This document shows, piece by piece, positions 22,131 through 30,961 of a DNA stretch of 64,000 nt. Source of the DNA: Actinomycetota bacterium. GTDB lineage: Bacteria; Actinomycetota; Acidimicrobiia; Acidimicrobiales; Ilumatobacteraceae. The translations under genes were made by a program, and so were the position numbers. How positions within the stretch are numbered: the stretch's first letter is position 1; each line of letters begins with the position of its first letter. Where the stretch lies: NCBI GenBank assembly GCA_030645495.1, contig JAUSLV010000011.1, positions 256,659 through 320,658 of the forward strand. The letters run 5' to 3'. The notes below the pieces were generated by a model. That model was not told where the DNA came from. It ran no database searches and saw nothing but the letters and a program-made list of their open reading frames with translations.

Positions 22131-23933
22131 GTGAGGACCACGAAGCGCGGCAAGTTCGCCGCCATCGCGGTCGGCCTGTCACTGATCGCCGCTACTGCTT
22201 GCAGCGACGACAAGGACAGTGGCTCGACCGACACCACCACCGCCGGTAGCACTGAGACCACCGCGGCACCCGCCAGCGGCGGCAGCGTTACCTACGCCGC
22301 CGAGCAGGAGTACACGTCGTACAACAACGCCACGGCCGACCAGGTGCTCTTCGCGAACACCTTGGTGCTGAACATGGTTCAGCCCGGCCCGTTCATCTCG
22401 ATGCCCGACCTCACTTTCCAGCTGTGGGAAGACATGATGGTTTCGGCCGAGGTCACCAGTGAAGACCCGCAGGTCGTCGAGTACGTCATCCAGCCCGCCG
22501 CGGTCTGGGAAGACGGCGAAGCGATCGACTGCGACGACTTCTACCTCGCGTGGATTTCCCAGAGCGGCAAGCTCAACCACGCCAACCCCGACTACACCGG
22601 CCCCGGCCAGGTTGATGCCGACGGCAACGAGGTCCCCGAGACCCTGCCCGACTTCAACGCCGCCGGCACCACCGGTATGGAAGACATCGAGTCGGTGGAG
22701 TGCAGTGACGACGGCAAGACCGTCACCACCACCTACGCCAACCTGTATGCCGACTGGAAGGGCCTCTTCGGCGCCCTCATCCCGGCCCACGTGGTCGAGG
22801 CCGAGAGCGGCGTTGCCGACATCACCGCCATTGATCCCGAGACGTCGTCCGACGACTCGGTCGCCGCTGGCGATGTGTGGAGCAACGGCTTCATCGGTTT
22901 CGACTCCGCGCTGGCACTGTCCGGCGCGTGGTACGACATCGATTCGTGGACTGAGGGTCAGAACCTGATCCTCAAGCGCAACGAGGCCTTCTACGGCACG
23001 CCGGGCAACCTTGACGAGATCGTGTTCCTCCTGGTGCCGGACGCCACTCAGCAGCCCGCCGCGCTGGAGAACGGTGACGTTCAGGTCATCTCGCCGCAGC
23101 CGAACGCCGACCTCGTCGCTCAGCTCGATGGCATCGCCGGTATCACCACCTCGATCGAGCAGGGTCTCACGTTCGAGCACTACGACTTCAACCAGGCGAA
23201 CAAGCACCTCGCGCTGCTCGAAGTCCGCCAGGCCCTGGCACTGTGCATCGACCGCGAAGAGATCGTCAGCACCCTGGTGCAGCCGATCAACCCCGACGCC
23301 ACCGTGCTGAACAGCCACATCTACGTGCCCTCCGCTGCCGACTACCAGGACAACAGCGATGGCCTCGTGCGTGATGTCGACGCAGCCAAGGCCCTCCTCG
23401 AGGGCGCCGGCTACACCTTGGGCAGCGACGGCGTGTACGTCGATGCCGATGGCGACCGTCTCAGCATCCGTCTGGGTCGCAAAGAGCCGAACCCGCGTCG
23501 TCAGAGCACCAACGAGCTGGCGGCCGAGCAGTGCAAGGAGGCCGGCATCGAGTTGACCGATGATGGCACGGAAGACTTCAACGCCGTCCGTCTGTCCGCC
23601 AGCGACTACGACATCGCACTGTTCGCGTGGGTCGCCACGCCGTTCCTGTCCTCCAACACCAGCCTCTACGTGCCCGGTGGCGGTCAGAACTGGAACGCCT
23701 ACGACAACCCCGACATCCAGGCGCTGTTCGACCAGGCCAATGCCGAGTTCGATGATGCTGTTCGCGCTGATCTCATGGATCAGATCGACCAGCTCCTGTG
23801 GGACGACATGGCAACGCTGCCGCTGTTCCAGTTCCAGGAAATGGTCGCCTACAGCGACACGGTGACCGGCGTGGTCTTCAACGGCCCGCTCGGTGTCACT
23901 TGGAACGCCAACGAATGGGCCCTCTCGGCCTGA
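22131..23933 (+). CDS. peptide ABC transporter substrate-binding lipoprotein (SBP family 5, OppA/DppA-like)
   Basis: A lipobox LIAATAC is present. The protein is 600 aa and is followed by two permeases and two ATPases. Confidence 0.85.
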   Translation: MRTTKRGKFAAIAVGLSLIAATACSDDKDSGSTDTTTAGSTETTAAPASGGSVTYAAEQEYTSYNNATADQVLFANTLVLNMVQPGPFISMPDLTFQLWEDMMVSAEVTSEDPQVVEYVIQPAAVWEDGEAIDCDDFYLAWISQSGKLNHANPDYTGPGQVDADGNEVPETLPDFNAAGTTGMEDIESVECSDDGKTVTTTYANLYADWKGLFGALIPAHVVEAESGVADITAIDPETSSDDSVAAGDVWSNGFIGFDSALALSGAWYDIDSWTEGQNLILKRNEAFYGTPGNLDEIVFLLVPDATQQPAALENGDVQVISPQPNADLVAQLDGIAGITTSIEQGLTFEHYDFNQANKHLALLEVRQALALCIDREEIVSTLVQPINPDATVLNSHIYVPSAADYQDNSDGLVRDVDAAKALLEGAGYTLGSDGVYVDADGDRLSIRLGRKEPNPRRQSTNELAAEQCKEAGIELTDDGTEDFNAVRLSASDYDIALFAWVATPFLSSNTSLYVPGGGQNWNAYDNPDIQALFDQANAEFDDAVRADLMDQIDQLLWDDMATLPLFQFQEMVAYSDTVTGVVFNGPLGVTWNANEWALSA

Positions 23934-24011
23934 TCGATCCGATCCAACGATGAGTGGGCCGGGCCTTTCGGGGCCCGGCCCACTCGCTATGGGAGAACCC
24001 GGTCGCAACCC

Positions 24012-25208
24012 ATGTTCCGTTTCATACTGCGTCGAATCCTCGTCGCAATTCCGCTGCTGTTCGCTTCGAGCATCGTCACGTTCCTGCTCGTCACGAACAT
24101 CGGCACCCCGAAGAAGATCGAGGATGCCATCGCGCGTCCCAACCATTCGCAGACCCAGATCAGCCAACTCCGTATCCAGTTCGGCATCGATAAGCAGCCA
24201 GTAGCGCGCTACGTCGACTGGTTCACGGGCTTCGTCAAGGGCGACTGGGGTCAGAACGCCACCAAGGCTGAGATCCGCCCCCTGATGTGGCAGCGCATCC
24301 AGGTGACGCTGCGGCTGCTGATCGCCGCGTCCATCATGTCCGTCATCCTCGGTGTTCTGGTGGGCATCATCGGCGCTATCCGCCAATACACCGCCTTCGA
24401 CTATTTCATGACGTTCTTCGCGTTCTTGTTCTTCTCGATCCCGGCAGCAGTGCTCGCCGGCTTCCTGAAGGAATGGGGTGCGATCAAGATGAATCCGTGG
24501 CTACGCAATCCCAGCATGTCCACCACGATCATGATCACCATCGCCGCCTTCGGGCTGGTGGCGGGCTACCTGATCATGCGCAACCGACTGAAGTACGAGC
24601 GCGTGCGACCGCGCAGCAAGTACATCACCGGTGCCGTTGCCGGCCTCGGCATCGGTCTGGGCGTGATCGTGGTGTTCAAGCTCGGCTGGGACGGCAATGT
24701 CTACCGAGTGCGCAACCCCAAGCCGCTGATTCCCACGGTGGGGCAAACCACGCCCGGTTTCGAGGGCGACTTCCTCGCCCGCATGCAGGACTACTTCTGG
24801 CACATGCTCCTGCCGTCGACGGCGCTGATCCTGATCGGCTTCGCCGGCTACAGCCGCTACATGCGTGCCTCCATGCTCGACGTGATGAGCAGCGACTACG
24901 TGCGCACCGCACGGGCCAAGGGCATCTCCGAGAAGCGGGTCACCGTGCTGCACGGTGTGCGCAACGCGCTCATCCCGCTGATCACGATCGTGGCGCTCGA
25001 CTTCGGTGCGCTGCTCAGCGGGGCGATCATCACCGAGACCATCTTCGGCTGGTCGGGCATGGGCCGCTTCTTCTCCGAGTCGCTCGCCGAGAAAGACCCG
25101 CGGTCGCTGCTCGCGTTTGTGATGGTGACCGCTGTGTCGGTGGTCCTGTTCAACTTGATCGCCGACATCATCTACGCCCAACTCGACCCGAGGATCCGAA
25201 TTGACTGA
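24012..25208 (+). CDS. peptide ABC transporter permease (DppB/OppB-like)
   Basis: It has six TM segments and a BPD-transp_1 EAA-like loop. Confidence 0.85.
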   Translation: MFRFILRRILVAIPLLFASSIVTFLLVTNIGTPKKIEDAIARPNHSQTQISQLRIQFGIDKQPVARYVDWFTGFVKGDWGQNATKAEIRPLMWQRIQVTLRLLIAASIMSVILGVLVGIIGAIRQYTAFDYFMTFFAFLFFSIPAAVLAGFLKEWGAIKMNPWLRNPSMSTTIMITIAAFGLVAGYLIMRNRLKYERVRPRSKYITGAVAGLGIGLGVIVVFKLGWDGNVYRVRNPKPLIPTVGQTTPGFEGDFLARMQDYFWHMLLPSTALILIGFAGYSRYMRASMLDVMSSDYVRTARAKGISEKRVTVLHGVRNALIPLITIVALDFGALLSGAIITETIFGWSGMGRFFSESLAEKDPRSLLAFVMVTAVSVVLFNLIADIIYAQLDPRIRID

Positions 25209-26112
25209 GCCCACCACCTCCGTCCCCGTCGTCGACGAGCGCGAGTTCTCGGTAGCCGCTCGGTCGCAGTGGAAGACCATCGTGCGCCGCTTCCTGCGGC
25301 ATCGCCCGGCGATGATCTCGCTGTTCGTGCTCACCTCGATCACGCTGTTCGTGTTCATCTTCCCGTACTTCTGGGAATGGCCGTTCACCAAGCGCGACAA
25401 GCTCAGCTTGTCGAAGTCCCCCTCCTGGGCACACCCGTTCGGCACCGACGGCCTTGGCAAGGACGTGATGGGTCGCGTGATGCGTGGTACCCAACGGTCG
25501 CTCGAGATCGCGATCATTGCCTCGTTCCTCATCACCACGATCGGTGTGTTCCTCGGCGCGATCGCCGGCTACTTCCGTGGCTGGATCGATGCGATCATCA
25601 TGCGCTTCACCGACCTGGTGCTCACGATCCCGCTGCTGATCATCGTGGCCGTCGTGTCCGTGGGGTACCCCGGGTCTCCGTGGTACACGATTCCCGTGAT
25701 CCTCGGCATCTTCGCCTGGACTGGCCTGGCGCGAATCGTGCGGGCCGAGTTCATGTCGTTGCGTGAGAAGGAGTTCGTGGAGGCCGCTCGTGCGGTCGGC
25801 GCTCGCGACCGCCGGATCATCTTCCGCCACATCCTGCCCAACATCGCCGGCCCGATCATCGTGGCAGCCACGCTGTCGATCGCCGGCACGATGATCACCG
25901 AGACGGCCCTCTCGTTCCTCGGACTTGGCGTGTTGCCGCCCGACGTGTCGCTGGGCCAGTTGATCCAGGAGAGCCTCACGGCGTTCAAGACGCGTCCGTG
26001 GCTGTTCTGGTTCCCGTCGGCGGCGATCGTGCTCATCTGTTTGTGCGTGAACTTCATCGGCGATGGGCTGCGCGACGCGTTCGACCCGAAGCAGAACCGG
26101 ATCAAGGCCTGA
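25201..26112 (+). CDS. peptide ABC transporter permease (DppC/OppC-like)
   Basis: A permease fold is predicted. It overlaps the upstream gene by 8 nt. Confidence 0.85.
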   Translation: MTEPTTSVPVVDEREFSVAARSQWKTIVRRFLRHRPAMISLFVLTSITLFVFIFPYFWEWPFTKRDKLSLSKSPSWAHPFGTDGLGKDVMGRVMRGTQRSLEIAIIASFLITTIGVFLGAIAGYFRGWIDAIIMRFTDLVLTIPLLIIVAVVSVGYPGSPWYTIPVILGIFAWTGLARIVRAEFMSLREKEFVEAARAVGARDRRIIFRHILPNIAGPIIVAATLSIAGTMITETALSFLGLGVLPPDVSLGQLIQESLTAFKTRPWLFWFPSAAIVLICLCVNFIGDGLRDAFDPKQNRIKA

Positions 26113-26115
26113 CCC

Positions 26116-27126
26116 ATGGCACTTCTCGAAGTCAACAATCTCAACGTGCGCTTCCCCACGGAAGACGGTGTGGTGCACGCTGTTCGCGACGTCTCGTTCT
26201 CCGTCGATCGCGGCGAAGTGCTGGGCATCGTGGGCGAGTCGGGTTCCGGCAAGTCGGTCACCAACTTGGCGATCATGGGCCTGTTGGCGCGCAGCACGCG
26301 CATCGACGGCTCGATCATGTACGACGGTTCCGAACTGGTGGGCCTACCGCGTAGCCAACAGACCAAGTTCCGGGGCAACGAGATCGGGATGATCTTCCAA
26401 GACCCGATGACCTCGCTGAACCCGGTGTACACCGTTGGCTGGCAGATCGCCGAGGCGTACCGGGCGCACAACAAGGTGAGCAAGCAGCAGGGCATCGCCC
26501 GTGCAGTCGAGCTGCTCGACCTGGTGGGCATTCCGCAGGCCGTGAAGCGGGTGCACAGCTACCCGCACGAGTTCTCCGGTGGTATGCGCCAGCGCGTGAT
26601 GATCGCGATGTCGATGGCCAACAACCCGCAGGTGCTGATCGCCGACGAACCCACCACGGCGCTCGACGTGACGGTGCAGGCGCAGATCCTCGAGACGCTG
26701 ATGGAGATCAAGGAGCGCACGAACATCGCGATCGTGTTGATCACTCACGACCTCGGCGTGGTCGCCGGTATGGCCGACCGAGTGATGGTGATGTACGCCG
26801 GGGCCGCCGTGGAGATCGCCCCCGTCGACGAGATCTACTACCGGCCGAAGATGCCGTACACGATCGGCCTGTTAGGGGCGATCCCCAGCGAGGCCAGCGA
26901 CGGAAAGAAGCTGCGCCAGATCAGAGGCACCACTCCTTCGCTGATCAACATGAAGCCCGGCTGCCCGTTCTCGCCGAGGTGTCCGTTGGTGCAGGATCGC
27001 TGCCTCACCCAGACCCCCACGCTGGAGGCGGTCGACAATCCTGCTCATCTGGCCGCATGCCACCGCCGCGCCGAGATCGAGTCGATCGACGTGCGCGCCC
27101 TGTTCGCCCCGGAGGTCGTGGCATGA
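26116..27126 (+). CDS. peptide ABC transporter ATP-binding protein (OppD/DppD-like)
   Basis: Walker A GESGSGKS, the LSGGMRQR signature and a C-terminal oligopeptide-transporter tail are present. Confidence 0.9.
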   Translation: MALLEVNNLNVRFPTEDGVVHAVRDVSFSVDRGEVLGIVGESGSGKSVTNLAIMGLLARSTRIDGSIMYDGSELVGLPRSQQTKFRGNEIGMIFQDPMTSLNPVYTVGWQIAEAYRAHNKVSKQQGIARAVELLDLVGIPQAVKRVHSYPHEFSGGMRQRVMIAMSMANNPQVLIADEPTTALDVTVQAQILETLMEIKERTNIAIVLITHDLGVVAGMADRVMVMYAGAAVEIAPVDEIYYRPKMPYTIGLLGAIPSEASDGKKLRQIRGTTPSLINMKPGCPFSPRCPLVQDRCLTQTPTLEAVDNPAHLAACHRRAEIESIDVRALFAPEVVA

Positions 27127-28130
27127 GCGAGCCGATTCTCGAAGTCACCAACCTGGTCAAGCGGTTCCCGATCAAGGGCGGCCTGTTGCGCCACACGGTT
27201 GCGGTCGTCGACGCAGTGTCGGGCGTGTCGTTCACCGTCAACAAGGGCGAGACGCTGGGCCTCGTGGGCGAGTCGGGTTGTGGCAAGTCCACGACGGCAC
27301 GCGCGATCCTGCGGCTGCACGAGCCCGATTCGGGCAGCGTGAAGTTCGAGGGCCGCGAGGTCACGACGCTCGGCAAGCAGCAGATGCGCCAGTTGCGTCG
27401 CGAGATGCAGATCGTGTTCCAAGATCCCTACGCCTCGTTGAACCCGCGTTGGCAGATCAACAACATCGTCGGCGAGCCGCTGGCGGTGCATGGCGTCGGC
27501 TCGAAGCAGCGCGTCGAGCGCGTGAGAGAGCTGCTGGCGCTGGTGGGCCTGAACCCCGAGCACGGCAACCGCTACCCGCACGAGTTCTCCGGTGGTCAGC
27601 GTCAGCGCATCGGCGTTGCCCGTGCACTTGCGCTCGATCCGAAGCTGATCGTGCTCGACGAGCCCGTGTCGGCGCTCGACGTGAGCGTGCAGGCCGGCGT
27701 GATCAACCTGCTGGAAGATCTCCAGAACCGCCTCGGCCTGTCGTACGTGTTCGTGGCCCACGACCTGTCGGTGGTGCGCCACATCAGCGACCGTGTGGCC
27801 GTGATGTACCTCGGCAAGATCGTCGAGATCGGTACCCGCGACGAGGTGTACCACCACGCGTCGCACCCGTACTCGCAGGCGCTGTTGTCGTCGGTGCCGG
27901 TGGCCGATCCGATCACCGAGCGGGCCCGCAACCGGGTGGTGCTCACCGGCGATGTTCCCAGCCCGATCAACCCGCCCTCAGGCTGCCGGTTCCGTACCCG
28001 CTGCCCGATCGCTCAGCAGATCTGCGCGGATGAGGAGCCTGAGCTGAAGGATCGTGGCCAGGGGCATCAGGTTGCCTGCCATTTCGCCAGCGAGGTGGCA
28101 GTCTCGCTCACCTCGACGGCCGCACTCTGA
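27123..28130 (+). CDS. peptide ABC transporter ATP-binding protein (OppF/DppF-like)
   Basis: Walker [10 protein letters not shown] and the signature FSGGQRQR are present. An ATGA start/stop overlap links it to the previous gene. Confidence 0.9.
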   Translation: MSEPILEVTNLVKRFPIKGGLLRHTVAVVDAVSGVSFTVNKGETLGLVGESGCGKSTTARAILRLHEPDSGSVKFEGREVTTLGKQQMRQLRREMQIVFQDPYASLNPRWQINNIVGEPLAVHGVGSKQRVERVRELLALVGLNPEHGNRYPHEFSGGQRQRIGVARALALDPKLIVLDEPVSALDVSVQAGVINLLEDLQNRLGLSYVFVAHDLSVVRHISDRVAVMYLGKIVEIGTRDEVYHHASHPYSQALLSSVPVADPITERARNRVVLTGDVPSPINPPSGCRFRTRCPIAQQICADEEPELKDRGQGHQVACHFASEVAVSLTSTAAL

Positions 28131-28155
28131 CCGTTCAGCGATAGGATCACTCCTC

Positions 28156-28395
28156 GTGCGCGATTTCGTCCTGTACTTCTCCGTGATCTTCAACGTCCTG
28201 TCCCTCGTGGGTATGGTCGCCGGTGTGCTCATGCACAGCGGCCGCGGCGGTGGCCTCAGCGACATGTTCGGTGGCGCCGGCTCCACTGCCCTGGGCAGCA
28301 CGGCGGCCGAGCGCAACCTCACCCGTATCACCACGGTGTTCGGGGTGCTGTGGATCGGCACGATCGTGGCGTTGAGTTTCCTGTTGGTGCGCTGA
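28156..28395 (+). CDS. secG: preprotein translocase subunit SecG
   Basis: Two TM segments flank the conserved LSDMFGGAGS loop. The protein is 79 aa from a GTG start. Confidence 0.8.
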   Translation: MRDFVLYFSVIFNVLSLVGMVAGVLMHSGRGGGLSDMFGGAGSTALGSTAAERNLTRITTVFGVLWIGTIVALSFLLVR

Positions 28396-28431
28396 GCACC
28401 CCCGGGTAAACTTCATGCCTCAACACACCAC

Positions 28432-28515
28432 GTCGAAGTGGCGGAATAGGCAGACGCGCTAGCTTGAGGGGCTAGTGAACTTAGGTTCGTGGGGGTTCAA
28501 GTCCCCCCTTCGACA
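28432..28515 (+). tRNA. tRNA-Leu (anticodon GAG), type II with long variable arm
   Basis: The acceptor stem pairs GTCGAAG with CTTCGAC. The D-arm is TGGCGGAATAGGCAGACGCG. The anticodon loop ttGAGgg sits on a CTAGC/GCTAG stem. A long variable arm and the T-arm GGGGGTTCAAGTCCCCC are present, with discriminator A and no encoded CCA. Confidence 0.9.
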
Positions 28516-28601
28516 CACTGTTTCTGCTGCGGCCGTCCTTCGGGGCGGCTGTTGCGGTTTTCGAGTGCGGGAGTTGACGGCGCCGGCCTGCGGTGGGCCG
28601 G

Positions 28602-28621
28602 GCCATTCCACGTCATTCAGA
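28602..28621. repeat. solo 20-nt copy (GCCATTCCACGTCATTCAGA) of one terminal repeat of the MITE-like element at 60387..60780
   Basis: It is an exact 20/20 match to 60395..60414. It lies about 90 bp downstream of tRNA-Leu. Confidence 0.8.
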
Positions 28622-28676
28622 CTTGGTCGGTCATAGAGCGAAAGGTCGCCGTTCCGAGACTCGCATGAACGTTGAC

Positions 28677-29351
28677 CTATGCGTCAAACCGACGCCAGTT
28701 CCCTTCCGAAACGACGTCGACAGCGCCGTCAACGATGCGGATGGCGGTCTCGTCGTCGGTCGCGTAGGCAGGGCAGTCGAGTTCGGCAGCCCATGTCTCC
28801 GCGTGAGCCAGCGTGTTCTCGGGGAGAGCCTCGTGGTCGAGGTGAGGGAAGATCGAGAAGTCGACCAGGCCGAGCGCCCGGTCGTCGCCGGCGGGCGGCC
28901 TCCACCCGACGAACTCCTTGCCAATGCGCGGTGTCATCACCATGCTGCCCGCGCTCATGCCGATCCACACCGTGTCGTCGAGCTGGGGCAGTAGGTCGGT
29001 CAGCCCGCACTCCCGCATCCAGTGGCACAGGTAGAGCGCGTCGCCGCCCGACACGAGCAGCACGTCGGCCTTGCGTACGAGGGGAACCCACTGTTCCTCG
29101 TCGATGCTGGGCAGCGCGGTCAACTCGATCAACCCCACCGACTTCCAGCCCAGTTCGACCATCGGCTGTTCGGATCGCCCGGCGACGAACTCCCACACGT
29201 TCTCGCCCGGCCCTGCATGGGGATGGCCGTACATCGCAGTAGGGATGCACAGTGCGGCGCACTCCTCGATGGGGCGGCCGAGCATGTCGAGCAGCGCGTC
29301 GTGGATCGTCGCGTTCCTGACGCCGGCCGAGGTGAGCAGCATGCGACGCAT
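28677..29351 (-). CDS. peptidase E / S51-family (type-1 glutamine-amidotransferase-like) dipeptidase
   Basis: VLLVSGGDALYL and IGMSAGSMV (the nucleophile Ser region) resemble dipeptidase E. Confidence 0.7.
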   Translation of the reverse strand: MRRMLLTSAGVRNATIHDALLDMLGRPIEECAALCIPTAMYGHPHAGPGENVWEFVAGRSEQPMVELGWKSVGLIELTALPSIDEEQWVPLVRKADVLLVSGGDALYLCHWMRECGLTDLLPQLDDTVWIGMSAGSMVMTPRIGKEFVGWRPPAGDDRALGLVDFSIFPHLDHEALPENTLAHAETWAAELDCPAYATDDETAIRIVDGAVDVVSEGNWRRFDA

Positions 29352-29386
29352 GTGCGCAGATTGCCCTGACTGAGCGCTGCGCGCAA

Positions 29387-30811
29387 GTGCCGGTTCTCAG
29401 GTGCGAACGTCCCCGTCGAGCCGCCAGCGTCCCGATTCCGGATCGGCAGAACCCCACGGTGCCGGACGGCGCGGGCAACAATGGGGCAGTGAGCGCGTCC
29501 ACCCCGAACGAGACGGTTGGATACGAGACGTTGCCCGACCGTCCACCGTTGGTGACGGCGCTGTTGGTGGTGGTGGTCATCGCCCTCTCCACCTCGGCTG
29601 CTCACTTGTTCCGTGAGTCGGCGTTCTGGGTGATGGAGCGCTTCGGTGAGTCGCACGACGCCACCGCAGCGGCGCGCCACCTGCCGGCGGTGGCCACGTT
29701 CGCCGTGGTGTTCGCCGCGGTGATGTTCGCCGCGTGGGTGGGCTGCAGCGCGGTGCGACGGTACCCGGGCCGGGCGGGCTTGGAGGCGATTGCCGCCACC
29801 GCAGCCGGGCAGGACCGCAACATCTCCACTCGCGCCACCGCGATGCGCACGCTGGGCACATGGGTGATGACCGTCGGGCTGGTGCCCATCGGGCGTGAGG
29901 CGGCGATCATCGAGACGGGCGGCGCGATCGGCTCGGGGCTCGCACGGCGGTTCCGCGGCCGAGGCGCAGCCATGGCGACGGCCGGCATCGCTGCCGCCTT
30001 CGCCACGGCATACCACGCGCCGCTCGCCGCCATCGTGTACGTGGAGGAGCACCTGCGCGTGCGTGGCAGCCGCCGCGCCACCGCGTTCACGGTCTGTGGC
30101 GCGGTGGGCGGCTTCTTGCTGGCCGTCACCGTGTTCGACACCCGCGCCGTGCTGCCCATCACGTACGCCGACTGGCGCGACCAACTGGCGGCAGGCGCGA
30201 TCGTCGTGGTTCCCGCGGCCCTCGCGGCGCGGCTGTTCCTGGAAGTGCGGTCGCGGCTCGCCGCGCTGCGGACCGGCCGAGTGATCACCACACGCTTCCG
30301 CCTGGTGACCGCGCTGGCGGGAGCGACACTGGCCGGGCTGATGGTGGCCTGCTGGCCGCGCAGCGCGGGCAACGGGATGGACGTGCTGCGCCACATCGCA
30401 CCGTCGACGCAGCTCGTGGGCGCGGTGGTGGTGGCGATGCTGGTGGCCAAGCTGGTCGGCACGTCGGCCGTCTTCGCGACGGGTGCGCCGGGCGGCGCGC
30501 TCACGCCCACGATCGTGATTGGTGCCGGCGGGGCGCTGGCGCTGGCGATGGCCGTATCGGCGCTCGGCTGGGGCACGCCTGACATCTGGACGATGGTGGT
30601 GCTCGCCGGCGCCGTGGCCGTTGCGGTGAGCCTGCGCGCACCGCTGACCGCAGTGGTGCTGCTGCCAGAGCTGACCGGCCGCTACTCGTTGGTGCCCGCC
30701 TGCGCGGTGGCGGTGGCGCTCGCGGTCGGCCTCGACCGCGTGATCGACCTGGGGCTGCGCAGCCGCCTACGCGGGGCTGCCGCCGGTGCCGTGTTCGACG
30801 AGGACGGCTGA
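29387..30811 (+). CDS. ClC-family voltage-gated chloride channel / H+-Cl- antiporter
   Basis: It is polytopic. GREAAIIETGGAIG resembles the GxEGP selectivity region, with GIAAAFATAYHAPLAAIVYVEE and LLPELTG also present. The start is uncertain. Confidence 0.7.
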   Translation: MPVLRCERPRRAASVPIPDRQNPTVPDGAGNNGAVSASTPNETVGYETLPDRPPLVTALLVVVVIALSTSAAHLFRESAFWVMERFGESHDATAAARHLPAVATFAVVFAAVMFAAWVGCSAVRRYPGRAGLEAIAATAAGQDRNISTRATAMRTLGTWVMTVGLVPIGREAAIIETGGAIGSGLARRFRGRGAAMATAGIAAAFATAYHAPLAAIVYVEEHLRVRGSRRATAFTVCGAVGGFLLAVTVFDTRAVLPITYADWRDQLAAGAIVVVPAALAARLFLEVRSRLAALRTGRVITTRFRLVTALAGATLAGLMVACWPRSAGNGMDVLRHIAPSTQLVGAVVVAMLVAKLVGTSAVFATGAPGGALTPTIVIGAGGALALAMAVSALGWGTPDIWTMVVLAGAVAVAVSLRAPLTAVVLLPELTGRYSLVPACAVAVALAVGLDRVIDLGLRSRLRGAAAGAVFDEDG

Positions 30812-30829
30812 GCCGATCCTCGGTTTTCC

Positions 30830-30858
30830 TTGACAGCTGCAGCGGTCAGGCGTAGAAC
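30830..30858 (+). promoter_or_regulatory. putative sigma-70-like promoter (TTGACA-17-TAGAAC) upstream of the flotillin gene
   Basis: The -35 TTGACA at 30830-30835 and a 17-nt spacer read directly. A strong Shine-Dalgarno AAAGGAGG follows at about 30945, 6 nt before the GTG start. Confidence 0.35.
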
Positions 30859-30961
30859 AAGTAGCAGACAGGTGCAATACAAGCCCACCTCGTCTGGAGC
30901 GCCGGGAAGTCTGGTCGGCACCAATAGTTTCACCCCCTTGTACCAAGAAAGGAGGTGGACG

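Noticed and set aside
28516-28600. Possible intrinsic terminator hairpin after tRNA-Leu (GCGGCCGTCCTTCGGGGCGGC)
   Set aside because: The stem pairing is imperfect and there is no clear T-tract. It is not confident enough to call as a feature.
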